From an uncultured delta proteobacterium (lineage in GTDB: Bacteria; Desulfobacterota; WTBG01): a stretch of 64,000 nt of DNA. The stretch is taken from NCBI GenBank assembly GCA_963793865.1, contig CAWCBP010000008.1, forward strand, positions 384,001-448,000, given 5' to 3'. The position numbers and the translations under genes were made by a program. Numbering within the stretch: position 1 is the stretch's first letter; the number at the start of each line of letters is the position of its first letter. This document shows positions 60,468-64,000 of this stretch, piece after piece. The notes below the pieces were generated by a model. That model was not told the origin of the DNA. It did no database searches and saw only the letters and a list, made by a program, of their open reading frames with translations.

Positions 60468-61490
60468 ATGCAAACCACGCTTCGAGAGGACCTGCGTGCG
60501 GCGATACTGACCAAACTCGCCGCTCATGAGAACCCCCTTGAGGGCTTCTACTGCGACGAGCCAACCCGGGAATCAATACTGGCGGTTCTGATCGCCGGGC
60601 GGCATCTGCTGCTCGAAGGCCCGCCGGGCACGGGAAAAACAACCGTGGCCCGCATTATCGCATCGCTGCTGCCGTTGATGGAGACGGTGGCGGACTGCCG
60701 GTACAACTGCTTTCCCGCCGACCCCTCCTGTCCCGACTGCGCGGGCAGGAAAAGCCACAAGAAGGTCAAGGTGCCCGGCGCGCAGCGTTTCATCCGCATC
60801 CAGGGCTCGCCGGAGATGATGCCCGAAGACCTGATGGGTGATCTTGATCCGGTGCTGGCCATGAAGCTGGGGATTCAGGATGCGCGGGCCTTCACCCCCG
60901 GCAAGATCCAGAAGGCCAACCGCAAGATTCTTTTCATCGATGAGCTGAACCGAGTACCCCAGCGCACGCAGAACACGCTGGTGCAGGTGCTTGAAGAAGG
61001 CATCACCACCATTGCCGGCTTTGATCTTACCTCGATGGTCGACACCCTGGTGGTGGCTACGGAAAACCCCGAGGAGTACGCGGGCGCGGAGCGCGTCAGC
61101 GAAACCCTTTCCGACCGCTTCGAGCAGGTGCGTATAGGATATCCCTGCGCCGAAGACGAAGAAAAGATCATCGCGCGCTACGGCAAAAAGATCGACGGGG
61201 TGAAAGTCTCCGATGATCTTATCCGCCGGTCCGTGGCCATCTGCAATGTTGCTCGAAGCATGCCCGACGAGCTTGAGCGTCTTCCCAGCGTGCGCGCCAC
61301 CCTCTCCATTTATGAGCAGGCACAGTCCCTTGCGCGCTTGAAAGGGGCAAAGTCGGCGGGAAAGGCCGATGTGGAGACGGCGGCGCGGCGGGTGCTGGAG
61401 GGCCGCCTCGCCGTGAGCAGCGAAAGCAAATATTTCGAGAAGCAGGACCTGCTCATCGAAAAGATCATCGATCAGGCGAAGAAGCAGTAG
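60468..61490 (+). CDS. AAA+ ATPase, MoxR/chelatase-subunit-I-like
   Basis: EGPPGTGKT, Cys insert CRYNC...CPDC, FIDELNR, ATENP and LSDRF. Confidence 0.9.
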   Translation: MQTTLREDLRAAILTKLAAHENPLEGFYCDEPTRESILAVLIAGRHLLLEGPPGTGKTTVARIIASLLPLMETVADCRYNCFPADPSCPDCAGRKSHKKVKVPGAQRFIRIQGSPEMMPEDLMGDLDPVLAMKLGIQDARAFTPGKIQKANRKILFIDELNRVPQRTQNTLVQVLEEGITTIAGFDLTSMVDTLVVATENPEEYAGAERVSETLSDRFEQVRIGYPCAEDEEKIIARYGKKIDGVKVSDDLIRRSVAICNVARSMPDELERLPSVRATLSIYEQAQSLARLKGAKSAGKADVETAARRVLEGRLAVSSESKYFEKQDLLIEKIIDQAKKQ

Positions 61491-61493
61491 GCT

Positions 61494-64000
61494 ATGCAGC
61501 TATCAATACGCCTCACCACATTCGATCTGCGCAAGGCTCTTGAGCGGGGCGTTAAGCTCACGGAGCTTGAAGCGCAGCTGCTGCGGCGCACGAAACTGCC
61601 CGCGGCAGACCGCACCGGAACCGGTCCGCTGTATCTTCTGGATCAGACCTCGCCGCAGCTGGCCGACGTGGTGCGGCAGTGGATGAGGGGTGACGGGCGG
61701 CAGCCGGCGCCAAAGCCGAAAGGCGGCTTTTCGCTGGTGCTGGCCCCGGCGAGCCGCGGGGGCATGCGGGTACCGGCCTATGTTAAGATGCTTTCTCCTT
61801 CCGCCGCTCCGGCCGCGGTTGCCGTGGATGCGTCTCCCGCCCAAATCGGCGCCGCGCTCCGGTATGCCTGCAGCCTGCCCTACTGCCTGCAGACACCGGT
61901 GCGGGTGGCCCATATGCACGAACAGTGCTTGGACCAGGAGTTTGAGTTTCATGCCGGGGATTTTCTCTGCGAACTTGCGGTCTGGTGTTTCCAGAACCGG
62001 ATTCCCCTGGTGCCGCTGGATATGCCGCAGCGGCCGGTTGTATCGGAGTATCAGCTCCTCTACAACCGGATGCTCGCGGAGGCCCACAAGGAATTTGCCC
62101 GCCAGGCGCCGCACAAAAAAGATGCCGCATCGCTTGAGAGCCTGGCCTCATCGCTTGCGCAGCAGCTTTTCGACTCGGGATTCCACCTGGCGGTTGAGCG
62201 CGAGGACCTTATATCGCGCTCCTGTTATATCGCAAGCAGGGTCCTTGATCTGGCCATGCACGGTCCCCTGGCGGGTTCCCGTAAGGCGCCGGTCATCGTC
62301 TTCTATAGAATGCAGCTCAGTCTCGATCTGCCGCCTCTGGCGCGCCTGTTCTTTACCACTCCCGCCGCGGTGGCTGAAATGTATCAGCATGTCATGCCCC
62401 AGCCTGCGGGCACTTTCATGATGCGACTGCTCGGGGCGCATGACGACGTCCTGCCCGACACACGCGCTTCGGCCCACGCGCACAGGATGCATCAGGCGCT
62501 GACAAAGTTGCTGGAGGAGCGCATGGAGGAGGAACTTGCGCCGGGCGATCTTGACCGGCTCTGCGCCCGGGTCGCCGCCGCCGTGCGGCACCATCCGCTC
62601 GTGGAGCGGCCCGCGGGCGTTCGCGGCACCCTGGCCATGAGCGAAATAGCCCAGGGCCTCGGGCTCATCCGCGGCGCGATGACGCGTGAAATGCTGACAA
62701 AAGCCGCCGCCGTCGCCCTCAGCCACCGCATACGCCTTGTGCAGGGCATCGATGGCGACGTGGAGAGCCATCTGAAAGGCATCATCAGCCGTGTCATCTA
62801 CGGCATAGGGCTCTTTCCCGAAGACGAGGAGGTGGTGGCTGAAAAGCGGCGGCCGATGACCTCCGAGGAGCTGGCCCGGGCCCTGCAGGGGCTGACCGAT
62901 GCCGCCTTCCGCCGGATGGGGCCTGAAGAGGCCCTGCCGGTAAACGACCCGGCATTCGGCCGCGAGGCCATGCAGCATCCGCTGGTGCAGCAGGCGCTCA
63001 GGGAAGCCATGGAAAAAGATCTTTTGAACGATTCATTCGCCGGCTACAAGGATGTGCTGCAGGAGCTTGAGGACCGGGGAATGCTGGAAATGACCGATTC
63101 CGCCGGAATGACACTGAGCGAGCAGGGCCGTGAAACGCTTGAAGACAGCCTGCGGGAATCCTACCGGCGGGGCGATCTCACCGCTGAGGAACTGGCAGAG
63201 GCGATCAAACATGCCCGGGCCATGCCCGCGCCCCCGTCACAGGGGGGCATGCGCACGCGCCTGTCGGCTCAGGCGGAAAACGAGCTCATAGCCGAGATGA
63301 TGGACTTTCAACATCAGGGCCGCTCGGAGAGCACATCGCTCGAAGATCTGTACGTGCACTACGCGGTCGGGGAGAAGAAGGGCCTTAAAATCGACAGCAA
63401 GAAGGTCGACTATGACCGCCTGAAAATAATGGTGCATGAGCTTGAGAAAAGCGGCGTTCTGAAATTAACCGGTGAGCAAAAGCGCTTTGCCCTGTCGCAC
63501 CTGTCGCTGGAAAAGCTGCTCAAAGGGCTCATTCAGCGGCAGAAGGGGCAGATGCTGGAAAAGCGCGCGTTCAAGAGAGAACATGAGGTCGACAAGACCG
63601 ATGTGCGGCGCTATCAGCGGGGCGATGTATTTAAAAGCATTTCCATCCGCCACACCCTGCGCCGGGTCCTGCGCAAAGGCAAAACCGTTGACGACATCAA
63701 CTCCACCGACCTGCGGGCCTTCGAAAAAAAGCCGGTAAACCAGCTGGACATTGCCGTCTGCGTCGATATATCGGCCTCCATGAAGGAGGGGGGCAAGCTG
63801 CGCTACGCAAAGATGGCGGTGGCGGAGCTGGCGAAGGCGGCTATGGACAAGGGCGACCGCATGGGCATCATCGCCTTCTCAAACCTGGGTGAGGTGGCGG
63901 CGCCCCTGACCGACAAGCTGCAGCCGCTCATGGAGGCGACCATGACGCTGCGCTCGGAACAGTATACCAATATCGGCAACGGACTCCGCGTTGCGCGCCG
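61494..64000 (+). CDS. Large multidomain VWA protein (>835 aa), truncated by the window end
   Basis: Stop-free frame from ATG 61494, translated by hand; AAA-lid-like ERPAGVRGTLA...ALSHRI, VRRYQRGD, MIDAS VDISASM and YTNIG.GL. Confidence 0.88.
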   Translation, partial: MQLSIRLTTFDLRKALERGVKLTELEAQLLRRTKLPAADRTGTGPLYLLDQTSPQLADVVRQWMRGDGRQPAPKPKGGFSLVLAPASRGGMRVPAYVKMLSPSAAPAAVAVDASPAQIGAALRYACSLPYCLQTPVRVAHMHEQCLDQEFEFHAGDFLCELAVWCFQNRIPLVPLDMPQRPVVSEYQLLYNRMLAEAHKEFARQAPHKKDAASLESLASSLAQQLFDSGFHLAVEREDLISRSCYIASRVLDLAMHGPLAGSRKAPVIVFYRMQLSLDLPPLARLFFTTPAAVAEMYQHVMPQPAGTFMMRLLGAHDDVLPDTRASAHAHRMHQALTKLLEERMEEELAPGDLDRLCARVAAAVRHHPLVERPAGVRGTLAMSEIAQGLGLIRGAMTREMLTKAAAVALSHRIRLVQGIDGDVESHLKGIISRVIYGIGLFPEDEEVVAEKRRPMTSEELARALQGLTDAAFRRMGPEEALPVNDPAFGREAMQHPLVQQALREAMEKDLLNDSFAGYKDVLQELEDRGMLEMTDSAGMTLSEQGRETLEDSLRESYRRGDLTAEELAEAIKHARAMPAPPSQGGMRTRLSAQAENELIAEMMDFQHQGRSESTSLEDLYVHYAVGEKKGLKIDSKKVDYDRLKIMVHELEKSGVLKLTGEQKRFALSHLSLEKLLKGLIQRQKGQMLEKRAFKREHEVDKTDVRRYQRGDVFKSISIRHTLRRVLRKGKTVDDINSTDLRAFEKKPVNQLDIAVCVDISASMKEGGKLRYAKMAVAELAKAAMDKGDRMGIIAFSNLGEVAAPLTDKLQPLMEATMTLRSEQYTNIGNGLRVAR

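Noticed and set aside
61503..63796. Short ORFs listed in the track over the last 2.5 kb
   Set aside because: All overlap the stop-free plus-strand VWA frame that starts at 61494.

Overview
This is a GC-rich bacterial chromosomal segment. Gene content and order (polA, ftsK-lolA-mfd-surA, valS-nadC-coaX-yggT-divIVA, long-form hisG, pheA-hisC-tyrA, CCG-domain and AOR-family redox genes) suggest an anaerobic deltaproteobacterium (Desulfobacterota-like); this is an inference. The backbone is mostly housekeeping: bioH-bioC-bioA-bioD, polA, HU, truA and a Gld-like ABC exporter. It also carries (i) a six-gene anaerobic redox/catabolic cluster with a degenerate AOR-family protein; (ii) two type II toxin-antitoxin modules and an AAA/DUF4143 gene, each with candidate operators; (iii) a chelatase/MoxR-like ATPase with a long multidomain VWA partner that runs off the window and is missing from the ORF track; and (iv) a B12 radical-SAM-STAS fusion. 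Intergenic spacers hold at least seven families of REP/MITE-like palindromes that stack, nest and bracket accessory genes, with no cognate transposase in the window. A MITE left end and a matching right end enclose about 4.8 kb of genes. A duplicated structured ~80-nt element with covarying stem pairs flanks one AT-rich orphan gene. Six single-base indels (bioC x2, HerA-like ATPase, mfd, phosphoesterase x2) lie in or next to short homopolymers and look like long-read assembly errors. No tRNA, rRNA, CRISPR array, transposase or integrase was recognised. All family calls come from motif reading by eye, without database searches.
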